Shown in pieces: positions 26,201 through 40,279 of a stretch of DNA of 64,000 nt (position 1 is the first letter of the stretch; the number at the start of each line of letters is the position of its first letter). Position numbers and translations under genes: made by a program. Below the pieces are notes generated by a model, which worked only from the letters and a program-made list of their open reading frames with translations, was not told the DNA's origin and did not search any database. This DNA is from Paraspadella gotoi (lineage: Eukaryota > Animalia > Chaetognatha). The stretch covers positions 15,040,046-15,104,045 of the forward strand of contig CM119270.1 of assembly GCA_051294375.1 (NCBI GenBank), in the 5' to 3' direction.

Positions 26201-27467
26201 TCCTTTTTTTTTCTGAATTACTTTTGTTGTCTTTTCTCTTCTTCCATTTCTGCTTCCTCTAATTTTGTTTTCTGTTTTACCACCTTCCTCGTTCTCTAAT
26301 GGTTCACTAATTTCTTTACCTTTTCTCTTCTCCTCTATGTTTTCCTTTCTTTTTATTCTCTCTCCTGACTTGTGCACATCGTCCTTCCCCTCCTTCTTCT
26401 CCTTCTTGATCTTATTTCTCTACTCATACTCTTCCTCCTCCCTCTCACACTCGGCTCACTGGTCCCGCAACTCCCTCGTGCAGAAGATTTGCGGAGAACT
26501 TTTCTCCTGGGATTTGGATTATTGTCGCGAGGGAGAGGCAGAGAAAAGTGAGGAGAGAGAAGAGAGGAAGGGGGAGAGATGTAGAGGAAAAGCCAACAGG
26601 CGGCGAGGAAGGAGAGAGAGAGAAGAGAAAGAGAGAAAGGCTATAGTAAGAGAGAGGAGAGAGAGAGGAGGAGAAGAGGTGGAAGAGAGGAGGAGTAAAA
26701 GGATGTACAGTAGAGGGAGAGCAGAGAGAGAGAGGAGGAGAAAGGAATATTAGCAGGAACGAATAAAGAGGAACATCGGACAACAATTGAGAAAGAGACG
26801 TGAGAGAGAGAAGTAGGAGGGCTGATGAGCAAGGACGAGAGAAGAGAGACGCAGGATAGTAGAGAAGAGACGCCCAGAGGGATTGTGACACAGAGCATGA
26901 GGCTATGGTGGCTGGATTTTTGCTTCCGTTCGAAGGCGGAATGGTATTTTTGTTCCTGCGGTGGGACGAAAAATAAGGAAACAGTGGTTGTCCATTATAA
27001 ATGTATTAACACCAGTTAACACGCGCTTTAACAGCCAACCTAAAGTTCCTAAAAGTTTCCGACAAACAGTTAGCCGAGACTCAAAAATAATTATTATTCG
27101 GAAACTATTAATAATAATTTTATCACAAGAAGAATTGTTATTTTTTTCTCTTCTCTAATTTCACTAATTTCTTTCACCTTTCTCTTCTCTCTTGTTTCCT
27201 TTCTTTTATTCTCTCTCCTGACTTTCCTCGTCTTCCTCCTTCTTTCCTCTTGATCTTTCCTCTACTTCTTCCTCCTCCTCCTCTCTTTTTTTCTTTCTTT
27301 TCTTTCTTCTTATCTCTTCCTATATCTTCCTTTTTTTTTCTTCTCTCCTCTTCCCTCTTCCCTCCCTTCTCTTCCTCTTCTCTCCTCGCTCGGACCTTCA
27401 ATTTCCACCGAAAAGGTCTCCGTGAAATAAATACCACACCATTAATGCGGTCATCCTGATGCGCGCC

Positions 27468-27570
27468 ATGACTGTTGGACAGGCTTTGGTGGTGTTAAGG
27501 TCATCACTCTTTTACGAGAGATAAAGACATAGCAGGTCCTGACAAGCTTTCAATCAAGGACTGCTTATCG
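27468..27570 (+). repeat. Dispersed repeat, noisy partial copy
   Basis: TTGGACAGGCTTTGGTGGTGTTAAGG...GACATAGCAGGTCCT...CAAGCTTTCAATCAAG. Confidence 0.75.
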
Positions 27571-27739
27571 AACAAGATGCTCGTATGTAGTGTCAAACTC
27601 CCAGGAGAAGTACTACCTCAGTTAGGAGGCCAAAGATCCAAAGGGGACATATAAGCGCCTTTACAAAGGTGAAGTGGAAGACCCGGAAGTCAAAAAGTAC
27701 AATGGTGTGATCAANNNNNNNNNNNNNNNNNNNNNNNNN

Positions 27740-27772
<33 letters not shown>

Positions 27773-28714
27773 AAGAGACCCAGATTGTGGACCAGAGATG
27801 AGCTGGTGGTGGTTCCTTCGTTGAGCGATGGTATTTTTGTCCTGGTGGACGAATAGGAAAAAGTTTGTCTTTAATTTAAAGTTAACTTTAACCTAAAGTT
27901 CAAGTCGACAAAACTTTAGCCGATCAAATAATTATTGAAACTATTAATTATCACAAGAAAATTTTAAAGAATATTCAGATTAGCTAGATTAGATAGTCAG
28001 TTAGATAGTCAGTTTGATAGTCAGTTAGATTCTTGACGCATCATTAAATAGGAAGCAATAGATACGAAATATCGCCCGATTCTCTGATCCGTGTTCGATT
28101 ATCGAAGGGTTAAAGGTCCTTCGATGATATAAAATGTGGAATGAAAAATATGAAATTATTCAATACATAGTAATGACGGGGAAAATGTTTTATATTCGAT
28201 AAAAAAAAATAAATTGTCGGAAATAATAGGAACGAAGCCTTCGCGCAAATCTCCCCGACAAGAAGGAAATAGACGCTTGGCTTAATCGGTCCATATGCCG
28301 CCGTATTAACATGCTATTAAAAGAAAGAGGGGGAAAGATCCTTAATGCTCCGTTTCTCGTGGTATTAACTTTTTATTAAAGCAAAATGAAAATGGCGGGA
28401 AAAAGATCGGACTCGATCGAGCAATCGCTTTTTTATTGCCAGGGATGTAAACAGTCTCTTGCATATTTTAATTTGCTTAACTAACTTATATGCACTTACA
28501 TATAATATATGTTATATATTTTAATGAAAAAAATATTGTTTTCAAGTCTCTGGTATATGAACAGACAAGTTTAATTATATATATGACAGTCACGTTTTCT
28601 TTGCGGAAAAATACAAGTGCGAGGTATCACATTGTATATAAACATATAGTTTGTGTTTCAACTTCTTACCGCAAATGTAATATATTTTCATGCAAAGATA
28701 AAGAAAATGTGATG

Positions 28715-28749
<35 letters not shown>

Positions 28750-29016
28750 NNNNNNNNNNNNNNNNNNNNNNNNNGGTCGAGAGCTCTGAGACTTAACGCA
28801 CCCGCTCTGCTTCTTGATGAATCTCTTTTCTCATTCAACTAAAGATCGCCATTTGTACGAGAGAGGGAGGGGGGTACAGAGGAATGACTGTGAGTGTCGT
28901 GGATGAGGAGAGCAGAGAGACGATGAGACGAGAGAGAAGATGATGAAGGGAGAAGGGATAGGAAGAAGAGAGAGATGAGAGGAGAGAGAAGAGAGAGAGA
29001 CGAGAGAGAGGAGAAA

Positions 29017-29477
29017 GTCACTGGAACGGATAGCAAGGACGCAGAGGAAGACAGATAAGAGGATTAGATAGAAAAGGAGGAAAGAAAAGAAAAGGCAGGA
29101 CCCTGGGAAAAGGAGATAGCTGAAACTTATATACAGTCCTTTCTTATATATATAAAGTCTTTAATGCCATCGATCCGTGTGTGCGTTCCGCTAACAAATG
29201 GCGAAGTTTTAGCAAAAAAAACCAACTTTTTCAATATTGTTCAGTTTGCTTACTTACAGCATATCTAATTTAATTTGTTACCAAATACAAAGTCTCGATT
29301 CTTCTCTCTTTGTCACTGGACGGATTAGCAAGGACGCAGAGGAAGACAGATAAGAGGATTAGATAGACAAAAGAGGAAAGAAAAGAAAAGGCAGGACCCT
29401 GGAAAAGGAGATAGCTGAAACTTATATACAGTCTTTCTTATATATATAAAGCTCTTTAATGCCATCGATCCGTGTGT
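29017..29477 (+). repeat. ~165-bp direct repeat (29017-29183 / 29312-29477)
   Basis: GTCACTGGA(A)CGGAT(T)AGCAAGGACGCAGAGG...GCCATCGATCCGTGTGT occurs twice. Confidence 0.85.
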
Positions 29478-31122
29478 AGCTCGATTTTCGATTGGAAGGG
29501 AGCAAGATAAACGGAATAGATAATATAGGGATTATATAGATTTTATATTGTACCGATTTCAATGAGATTTTAGTAGAGCGATGTAATTCTTTTATGTCAA
29601 AATTGACTGTCGTGCGAAGGGCTCTTATCAGACAGGTACTACGTAGACTTATCTCGNNNNNNNNNNNNNNNNNNNNNNNNNNNNNNNNNNNNNNNNNNNN
29701 NNNNNNNNNNNNNNNNNNNNNNNNNNNNNNNNNNNNNNNNNNNNNNNNNNNNNNNNNNNNNNNNNNNNNNNNNNNNNNNNNNNNNNNNNNNNNNNNNNNN
29801 NNNNNNNNNNNNNNNNNNNNNNNNNNNNNNNNNNNNNNNNNNNNNNNNNNNNNNNNNNNNNNNNNNNNNNNNNNNNNNNNNNNNNNNNNNNNNNNNNNNN
29901 NNNNNNNNNNNNNNNNNNNNNNNNNNNNNNNNNNNNNNNNNNNNNNNNNNNNNNNNNNNNNNNNNNNNNNNNNNNNNNNNNNNNNNNNNNNNNNNNNNNN
30001 NNNNNNNNNNNNNNNNNNNNNNNNNNNNNNNNNNNNNNNNNNNNNNNNNNNNNNNNNNNNNNNNNNNNNNNNNNNNNNNNNNNNNNNNNNNNNNNNNNNN
30101 NNNNNNNNNNNNNNNNNNNNNNNNNNNNNNNNNNNNNNNNNNNNNNNNNNNNNNNNNNNNNNNNNNNNNNNNNNNNNNNNNNNNNNNNNNNNNNNNNNNN
30201 NNNNNNNNNNNNNNGGGAAGGGAGGGGAGAGAAGGGAGAACAATGGGAGAGGGGGGATAGGGGAAGCGGGGAAGGGGAAGAGGGAGGGGATTAAGAGAGA
30301 GTGGCTTTAGAAAAGAGGAGACAAACGGGCAGAAAAGGTTTTTGGGGTCTCTGTCGTGATCATTGGTAAAGCTTGATTGCTTGTCGTCATCAGTGTCTTT
30401 GGCGTGGTCGTTGTCGCTGACTCTTCGGGCGACAAAGAGAAAGCAATCTTGGCCACAACTCTCCTAAGTGGCCTTGGCCCTTGCCTTGCCCCTAACTTAG
30501 GGGCAAAGAGGACTAGGGCCAAAGTAGATCTCGCGAAAATCCCTCTCCTTTCATTTGGAAAAGGAAAGGGGAAGGGATGAGGAAGCAAAAGTGTAAAGAA
30601 CAAGAACGAGATCAAAATATAAAGAAAAGAAAAAAGAATTCAATTCTCGACAAATCTCAACGACGAATGATTAAAAAAAACCCAACTCCAATTTATAAAT
30701 AAACAAACGGAGAAAATAAAAAAAAGTCTCAACTAATTTTCTTCCACCGAATTTTGATCCTCGAAAATCGAGTTACAGCAAATTTAATCGAACAACAAAC
30801 TTTGAGTTTGAGAGAGATTTCATTTTCTTTTTCTTTTTTTTTTCTTTTTCGATTTTATATTTTCTTTCTTTTTTCTGTTGTTGTTGTTTTGTGACGGGGG
30901 GAAGATTGAAAGGGGGTTTTCGTCGTCGTCATCGTCGTCGCGATAACAGAGGCAGTTATTAGTTTTTAACTTTTTATAGTTAAGATATATAATTATATAT
31001 ACGGATAAAAATTGTTTGTGTCTTTTTTGTCTTGAGGTTAAATAACCAAGTATTAAAATAGTAATTTACTATATTTTCTATGTTTCCCCCCTCCAAATTC
31101 CGTCGTCATATCGGCACACCCT

Positions 31123-31154
<32 letters not shown>

Positions 31155-32439
31155 GCCCCGGATTCTCGGCGACAATTTCCGCCGATCCGGTTTCCTCCGT
31201 CGAGAGATTTGATGTCCGGCGTTAAATCCGCCGCCCAAATCCGTGATGATTGCCTGACCCCATCGAATCCAGTGGGGGGGGGGGAGGTGGAGGCTACGGT
31301 GACGATCCCCGACGATCCCGTAACGAGACGCGAGCAAGCTTTGCTTCCCTTCATCGTACAAGCGTATTTTTTCATAGAGAACAAAGAACATTATCAGTTG
31401 TCAAGGGTCGACTCGACCCGGAGGGAACGAAATATCCAGTCTGACCTCTGAGCGGTTAATTTCATTTTCTGTTGTACCATGTCAATGGCTATACCGCAAT
31501 ACCGCTATACCGCCTGTTTCGAACATTAAATACTTAATAGTGGTAATTCAGTTGGGTAAATTCTTACTAATTCTTCTCAAATAGTATTAATTTTTTTAAA
31601 TTTATTTTTAAAAACAACGGAAAGCCTTTGCTTATTAAGTAGTACGGTTATTAGGTTGTACGGTTCAGCTAAGCTATTCTTCATAGAACCATAAAGAATT
31701 TATAAAGTTACTTACGAAGCTCTTTTTTTTAGTCAAAAGCGGTCATTGCTGTATCACTGATCGAGTCTTACAGTCAATGACGGCTTTTTCGACGCCATCC
31801 CGACCATTTTTCTCGCTCTTGTTTTCCTTTAATAGTTGCATTTTTTTTCTGGCGACACTGAGTCAAGCCACTGGCGCCTTTTCTTTTTTCTTTCCTTTTT
31901 TTTTTCTTTTTTCTTTTTTTTCTCTTTCTTTGTCTTTCTTTTTCCGGACAGTCTTTTGTCCAATATTCTCGATCAGATTTTTTTCAAAAATAATTCATTG
32001 CGACTCCAATTAATCAAGGTGTGACGAATAAAATTAAAAATTAACTACTACCAAGCGAAAAAGATAATAAAACTAAAAAAGTAAAGAAACTCGAGAAAAA
32101 CTCGGCAGAAAATGAACATCGCCCTAACGAGACTAAGAGTCCCTTACAAATCGCTTCTTGTTCTTATCTTTTCTCTCGATTGTTCTTTTCTTTTCTTCTT
32201 CTCTTTTCTTCTTCTCTTTTCTTCTTCTCTTTTCTGAGATATCTGGGTTTTCGGCGACTAATGGCCTCGTTTTGAGGCGACCTCGCGAAGGCTTTCGATA
32301 TCTCGGGATCAACGGCCTCGCGATTTAGACGCGCCACGCACGCCACGCACGCCACGCACGCCACACACATCACTTACGCCACTCACGCTACTCACAAACC
32401 TTACATTCGCAACAATCTTTTTTACACACCATTTGTTAA

Positions 32440-32451
32440 TGCGCATGCGCG
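32440..32451. promoter_or_regulatory. Palindromic NRF1/Ewg-type motif TGCGCATGCGCG
   Basis: Exact match to YGCGCAYGCGCR near a CpG-rich patch and (CGCCACGCA)n; no associated gene identified. Confidence 0.25.
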
Positions 32452-33172
32452 GTGGCTCTTTAAACCCAAGACGCTAATTCCTCCCACTCGCGTGCATTTT
32501 GTACCCGGGAACTTGCGTGTAAACTCGGTACATATCAGTCTCCCTCTTTCTCTGTCTCTCTCCCATTTTGTCTCTTTCTCTCCCTCCCACTCTTCTAGTC
32601 TCTTCCAAATTATCTTCTTCTCGCTCTCTCCTTCTTTCTCTCGTTCTGTCCTTCTCTGCCTTCTACTCGCCCTCTTTCTGTCCATCTTAACCTCCCTTTT
32701 TCTGTCCCTCTCACTCATTTTCTTTCTCTTTCTTCCATTCATCTCTCTNNNNNNNNNNCTCTCTTTCCTTTCCTCCAAAACTAAAGCCCCCTTTTTTTAA
32801 TACAAAAAGCCCATTAATTAACAGGAATTATAAGTAATTCTCCTATTTTCAGAAATATTATTTTAATTTAATTCCCCCAACAATTCTCTCGTTATGTTTC
32901 AGAGGAAGTCATTCCGCGTTTTAAGGAGAGAATCGTTCAAATCGACGAATCACTTAATTTACGAGTCTCTCTAAAACTTTCTCGTCCTCCCTTCGTCATG
33001 AAACAGTAATTGGGCCTCGTTCTGGTATGAATGGCGGCTTGGAAGCGGCACGACTTTTATATGCAAATGAGAGTTGGGTCGCGGGCTTTTCTTCTCTCTC
33101 TCTCTTTCTGCGTCTTCGCTCTCCTCTTTCCTTCTCTCTCTACTCTCCTCTCTCTCTCTCCTCTCCTCTCTC

Positions 33173-33249
<77 letters not shown>

Positions 33250-35115
33250 ACCGAACGGGCCTTTGTCTCGATCCCTGGTCCCCGTCTTCGCCTGGTCTGG
33301 TTTTTTAATTTTTTTTTTTCCCTTCATTTTCTCATTCACCACTTGAATCGCGACTCATCCAGGCCGCTTGCGCCTGGCCGCCTGGCCGCCTGTCCGCCTG
33401 GGCGCCATCCCAGGTCTGAAAACACGGCGGAATATTAAAAGATATTTTTGCCGGTCGGAGAATGAGAGAAACAAAAGATCAAGCGACGTAGAGAAAAGCA
33501 AAAAAAAAATATTTCGCCGGTAAAATTCTTTACCAAAAGTAAAACTCCCAAAAAGTTAATTGGGCGATAAATCGTTAAGAATTATTCCTATTTTCTTCCA
33601 AATCGTAAAATTGTTTATTCTTTCTTCCTACTCATCTTTGACAGTTTTTTCTTAATTAGTCGCTATATTCTTTTATTTCTTTCTTCTCTCCATATTTTTA
33701 TATTTTCCTCATCCTAATCTTGTTCTCCACTCGTCTTTTTTTTTCTTCTTCTTTTTCAACCGATCTGCTTCTCTCGTCAGTTCTTTTCTCTTTTTCAAAT
33801 GGAAAATGATTCAAACTAAAAAAGAAAAAAAAAGAAAGAAAAAAAAAAGAAAGAAATGGGTGCGAGAAAGAAAGAAAAATCTGATGTAATTTCGTTGGAA
33901 AAATCTTGCGAAGATCAGCGAGAAAAAAGGCGGAGTTTCGGACTTAAATGGATTCACCGATTTTTTCTCCTTTTTTGTCATCGAATATTTTATCACTGAA
34001 TCATTTTTTTTATCACCAAGTCTTTTTTTTTGTCACTGAGTTTCCTTTTTTTACCGCGGAGTCTCGGACAGATTACAACACACTGGAGAGTATTTTAAGC
34101 GTTGGTCGAAAAAAGAAAGTCATAAAAGTTTAACGTTCTCGTTTCATTTGGCAAGATGTAAAAAAAATTAATATTTTAAGACCAAATAATATGCAAAAAA
34201 ATCAACCAGAGAATTAATTTGACTCAAATTGGATAAATAAGTAAATAAACTACTAACTTGTAAAAAATTATATCTAATATTGTGACCAAAAATTTTGTCG
34301 GTTAAAATTTTTTTTTAAGTTTGTGGGAAAGCCTGAGAAAGCAAAGTGTTATGAGTGGGAATGAGTGGAATGGGTGGGATGAGGCCTGGAAATAATGTTA
34401 GGAGAAAAGGCGGACAATAGAAATGTGACAAAAGCGTGGCGTGTGATTTCAGTTAATCTTTTAAGAAAAAAATAAAACATAAGGAAAAAAATTAGGAAGA
34501 ATAAGTTGGATGAGCTCCGATAAAAGACTGTATAACTGGCTTTCAAGTCTGATGCCATCAGTGATAGTTAATACTGTTGTGCCTTGGTTTTTGTCGATGC
34601 ATTGGTTTCCACAGTTGAGTGGGTAGGAGGTCGCGTGGTGCAGGCAGATCGTGGGCGTTGGCTCTAGGCTTTTTTTTCGAAGGCGTTGTGTAAGTAAAGC
34701 GAAAGAAAGAAAAAAACAGAAATGAGTTTGAAAATAGACGAAATAAAGTCGCTGGTTTTTTATGAGCTTTTTATGGTGTTGAGGGGGAGGCTGTGGGGGG
34801 GCGTTGGAGCTGTCGCGATTCGTCTTAGAAAGCCGCGGCTGGCGAAATTGGTAGGAAATAATATGCGTCACTCTCCCCCTCTTTTTTTTTGTTGTTTCGT
34901 CCAAGCATTTGCAAGCTTTTTTTTTGTGGTGGCGCCAGCGACTTGTCGATAAATTTGTTATCAAGTTTTTATCACGGGGAGAATTATATTTGGCGTCTAC
35001 CGAACTTATGCACTACTATTATTTCTATGTCATGACTAGACGGAAATTCTCATCTATCTTTGTTTTCCAGTCACTTTCTCTCTTTTTTTCTAATTCTCTC
35101 TATGTCTCTCCTTCT

Positions 35116-35192
<77 letters not shown>

Positions 35193-35377
35193 TCTCCCTC
35201 TCCCTCTCCCTCCATCTCAAGTCTCAACGATTGTTTGCTCTCTCCCTCTGCTTCCGACGGAGAAGTTTTATTCAAAATCTTCGATGACATTTTTTCGCTT
35301 TTAAAGATTCAATGGGGAACGTGACTTTGGTTGGATTCGCGGACGACATCCGGCTGAGAAGAGAGAGAGGGAGAGAG

Positions 35378-35455
<78 letters not shown>

Positions 35456-35547
35456 GATTCGCCTCTGATTTCGGAAAAGAACGACCCTTGACATTTGACC
35501 TCCCGCAGAAGATCTTGCCACTTTAAACGTAACCTCAGAGCTGTACG

Positions 35548-35629
<82 letters not shown>

Positions 35630-36049
35630 TTATTCTTTTTTTATGTCTTTTTATTTCACTCCAGCCAGTTTTCCTTCTTCTCAAACTCTTTTTTTTCACT
35701 TCACTTTATTCTATCTTTTTCACCCCCACTCTGTTTTCTTTTTTAATTTTCACTCCTGTCCGATTGAATTCATTTAAATAGCTTTACTTTTCTCTTTCCA
35801 TCGCCCCGACCTCCAACCGCCCCTTCGCATCCTCCACCCCCCATTCCATTCTCTTCCCGCCCTTTCGGTCCCCATCGCCTCCATTGACCCTCTAATGGCC
35901 CCGAATGGAACGTCTTTTGCTCCGCCTCTGGAATTTTCTTCGTTTCACACGAAAATCCCACGATAAAAGGATCTTTTTTTATTATTATAGATCGCGGTGT
36001 AATACATGGGATTTCGAATGAACATTTTATCTTTTTTTTTTTCGTTTAA

Positions 36050-36920
36050 GGGGACCCAGTGATAAAAATGATATCCATAGCTTAAGGGTCTATCATCAAA
36101 GGAATTGAATGTTGATAGTCATTAATTTTTCTTTTGCACGGAAAGTGGCAAAAAAAATTTCCTATCTCTTATTGTAGCGGAAACAAAAATTTAATAATTA
36201 TGAAAAAAACATTTAGTTGACCCCTACCTAAATATTTATATAATCCATTATTTTATTTTGCATTAAAAAGTATTTTTACTAAATTCAAATTTTTTATTTT
36301 ACTATACAAAGCTACAATTTAGGTTTAAGCCTCATTGAACAAAGGCTTTACAAGACTAATATTTTTATATTTTATAATACTTAAAGCAGAGAAATCAAAC
36401 CTAAATTCTATTTCTTACAGAAACAAAACTGTAATAATATTTAATTAATATTCATATTCATCCCTTAAATGTATTATTAAACTATATTATTCCTATTTAT
36501 AACAATTAAAAATTTTGCAAAAGTAAAAATACTTTCTCTTCTTTTTATATTTATATTACTTTAAAGAGTTTTATTTTCATCCAATTTACAGAATCATTTG
36601 AAAAGAAAATTTAAATAAAATCAGTCGATACCTTAAATTTTGATTCATTCCTAGTTTTTTTTCTTATAAATTTTTATGATAAAAGCTGAAAATCTTTTTA
36701 AAATTAGATCTTACTCTTTTTTGGAAAAAAAAATTTTAAATTTGAAAAAGATTTTCTCTTACCGATTTTTTAAAGAAAATTAAGCTGGCTGATTTTATCG
36801 AATTTTTTAACTACTTTCCAAATGATTATAGAAGAAAAAATTATATGGTCAGAACCAGCTTAAGTTAAAGGGTCAAACGTTATTTTTCAGCTTTTTACCC
36901 CCCCTGTTCACTTGGTCCCC
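36050..36920. mobile_element. Non-autonomous DNA transposon (MITE-like) with TTAA target-site duplication, Kolobok-like
   Basis: TTAA (36046-36049) GGGGACCCAGTGA ... TCACTTGGTCCCC TTAA (36921-36924): 13-bp TIR with 12/13 match. The interior is AT-rich, has no ORF and lacks microsatellites. TTAA TSD with RR...YY termini fits Kolobok rather than piggyBac. Confidence 0.8.
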
Positions 36921-37341
36921 TTAAAACCTGAAACACAATTCTCTTCAACTCGCGGATCAAGGAATCTGTGGGGTCCCATTGTCCTCTGCGTAACCCTCAC
37001 TTGTCTTTTGCCCATTACCCCTCTCACTATTTACCCCCAACCCCTCTCGGTACTTACCTTTCCCCCTTAACTCCCCCCCGCCACCTCCATCGAGACTTTT
37101 GTCAATCTGGCGCCAAACTCGACCTCCAATAAAGAAAGTGACTTCGGCGGCGGAAAAGCGGAGTCAGGAAAAAAAAAATTGAAGGAGGGGGAGAAGTGAG
37201 GGTGAGGGAGTGAGGGTAAGTTAATGTGAATGGAGACTGGAGAGTGAGTTGGCGCGAGCGAACTCGTTTCGAGTAAGTCGAGTCTGGCGAGCGCGACAAA
37301 GGAACGATTAAGTTGGTGAGGGAAACGGAGAGAATATGGCG

Positions 37342-37439
<98 letters not shown>

Positions 37440-38575
37440 GTACGAAATGCTTTTAAAAGAATTTTGTGAAGAAAAAGGTTATAGTAAAATGTACTTGTAC
37501 TTACATTTTTAATATGATTTGCATATTGCAATATCTTTAGTCTCTGTAATTACTGATTAGCTTGAAAAACATTCGTTAAAGATTTCAGTATCTGACGGTA
37601 TTTTTTAAAATATTGATCAATTGTGGGTTTATTTCTCGGATTAGCCCTTGAAAAGGATATGGTTATTAATAATTTAATATGGTTTTTGATATGTTTGTCT
37701 CCCTAGCTCAAGTCATGTAAAAAATAAAATCTGAAGACTTTGTAATAATTTTCCTTTCTTTTCGTTGCGTTTGTTAATTTTTAGGAAGAACAGTTTTTGT
37801 ATTTCGAACGATTTTGATTTACATTTCATACTCATAGGGATATGTTTCGACTCTTTGATTTTAGAGTCTTCATCAACGCTGAATACAAAAACTGTTTTTC
37901 CTAAAAATCTGAAGACTAAAATTGAATTTGTTTAAGTCATTAGTGACGCAATTGTCGATATCGTCATATGTACTCATTCCTCAAAATTGTCATCGTCATC
38001 GTCATCGTCATCGTCGTCGTCATCGGAGCAATTGTCGTTGTCATCCAAATTCTGATCTTCGTCGAAGGCGTTATCGCCCTCATAGTCGTCGTCGTCGTCG
38101 TCGTCATCCTCATCGACATCATCATCATCATCGTCGTCGCCGTCGACCGTGGCGTTGCTTAAAAATTCCTTGAAAAACTTTTCATTGGGTTTTATTTTGA
38201 CTAATGACTTCGGGTTTTCAATGGGAGAGAAAAGCGCTGAGGGGAAAAGTTCAAAAGTAAAGGAAAAAAAGGAAAAGGAAGGAAGGAAGAGCGAGGATTC
38301 GGTGGAGAAAACAAAGGAAAAGAAAAAAGGACGGGAGTAAAGGGCATATAGAGAAAGACTTGAATAGAATATAATATTTTAAAACTAGGAATACGAAAAG
38401 CAAAGGAATTGGATGAGGACAAAAGAAGAACTAAAGAAAAAAAAAGTAAGGATTAAAATGAATGATGCAGAAACAAAGCTGACAAACAGAGGAATAAAAA
38501 ATTAGGGGGGAAAATAAAAAATGAAAATAATATGGAAAAGTTTAGGAAACGAGAGAAATAGGAAACTAAGAGGTG

Positions 38576-38654
<79 letters not shown>

Positions 38655-39075
38655 AAAAAGAGAAGAAAATATTACAGAAAGAAATATAAAAACTAAGAAA
38701 AAAAATATAGAAAGAAAGTAAAAACAGTTCACCAGTGTAACACCGGATTTCAAGTTTGAAAAACATCAACTTTGAATGTTTAATTCTTTCTCTTTTTATC
38801 CCCGTCAGTTTTTCAGTTTTGCCCAAACAGACGTTTTCACGAATTTTAATTTCTGCGACGACAAAAAGAGAAAAAAAAAGAGAAAAAAAAAAAGAGAAAA
38901 ACGAAAAAAATCTTTGTTTTTCAATTTTCAAAAATAAATCTAAAAAAACCACTTTTTTAAAAAGACCGTAAATTCTAGATGATATTTTTTTATTTCTTTT
39001 TCGCGAAAAAAAATCGTTGGTGCGGCATCGACAAAAAATTGGAATCCGTCTCACTTCACTGAAATTGTTAAGAAA

Positions 39076-39193
<118 letters not shown>

Positions 39194-40002
39194 ATCTTTT
39201 GTCAGTGGTTAACGCTCCGTGGAGAGAGCAGGGAGGCGGACGATATTCACCTCAACCAATCACGCCTCACCCGCTAACTTACCCAGAATGCCCCTAACCC
39301 ATTTTTCATTAACAATCATTCAATATCATATCTACCATTTACTTATCTTTATTTTTTTCATAACCAATCATTCCAGTCATTTCTTTTCTAATTTTATTTC
39401 ATTTTTTCTTGTCTTATCGTACAACATATATCATACAACGTTTTAACCCAAGTTATAACTTACCCAAGTTCCATTTTCCCAATTTTTCTCGACCAATCTA
39501 CCTTCAAACTAACTCTCCTTTACGAATTCTCCCCTTTTCCTCGACCGATCAGCCAATCTTCCCACCTCTCCAGTCGCCCTTTGCCCCTTTTTCCACCCAA
39601 AAAAACAGCGAATTAGAGCGAAATAAAGCGAATTGGGATGAAATAAAGCGAATCCGCGGGAATGAAAACGAACAAAAGAAGAAAGACACAGACAGACAGA
39701 GAGCGAGAGGCACAGAGACAGAGCGCTAGAGAGAGAGAGAGAGAGAATGAATAAAAGATAATCCCCCAGAGAAGAGAAGGGCCCTTAATTTGGAGGAAAA
39801 AAGGAAAGAAATGTCCCATAACTGGAAGCAATAATATTGGGTCTTTTTGTTGGGTCCCGAGACACGAAAATTGTGGGGGGGGGGGTTCGGCCGAGATGTT
39901 GGGGAAGTCCTGAGCCAAACGAGTCATGAAGTAAGAAATTCGAATTCAGGTCGAGAAAGATGGTATGGAAAAAAAAAGTTATAACGAATTCAATTGGCCA
40001 GA

Positions 40003-40279
40003 TATAAGAAAATGGTGCAATTAATTTAAAAATTATCCTTTCATTTAATAAATAAGCAATCTTGCCCCTGACTTTGGACAGGCTTTGGTGGTTTAAGGCC
40101 TCCATCACTCTTACAAGATAATGACATAGCAGGTCCCTGCAAGCTTTCAATCAAGACTCTCTCACAGTCTCGTTTATTCACTCCTTGTACCTGGCTTCCC
40201 TATCAATGAAGTGGAAAATATTTCGAAGAATGTTTCAATTGTATAAAAGTATAAAAGTAACACTCCCATAAGTATTATA
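40003..40279 (+). repeat. ~250-bp dispersed repeat, longest copy
   Basis: Aligns with 20621-20871 (reverse complement), 41088-41320, 27468-27570 and 43650-43780. Confidence 0.9.

Noticed and set aside
31080-31451. 123-aa + strand ORF in a GC-richer patch
   Set aside because: No recognisable domain or convincing splice sites; cannot be supported.
37922-38173. His/Arg-rich ORF resembling a protamine or metal-binding peptide
   Set aside because: Translation of degenerate (CAT/CGT)n repeats.
40072-40209. 45-codon open frame (LWTGFGGLRPPSLLQDNDIAGPCK...) in the dispersed repeat
   Set aside because: Broken in other copies and not a motif I recognise; BLASTX would be needed.
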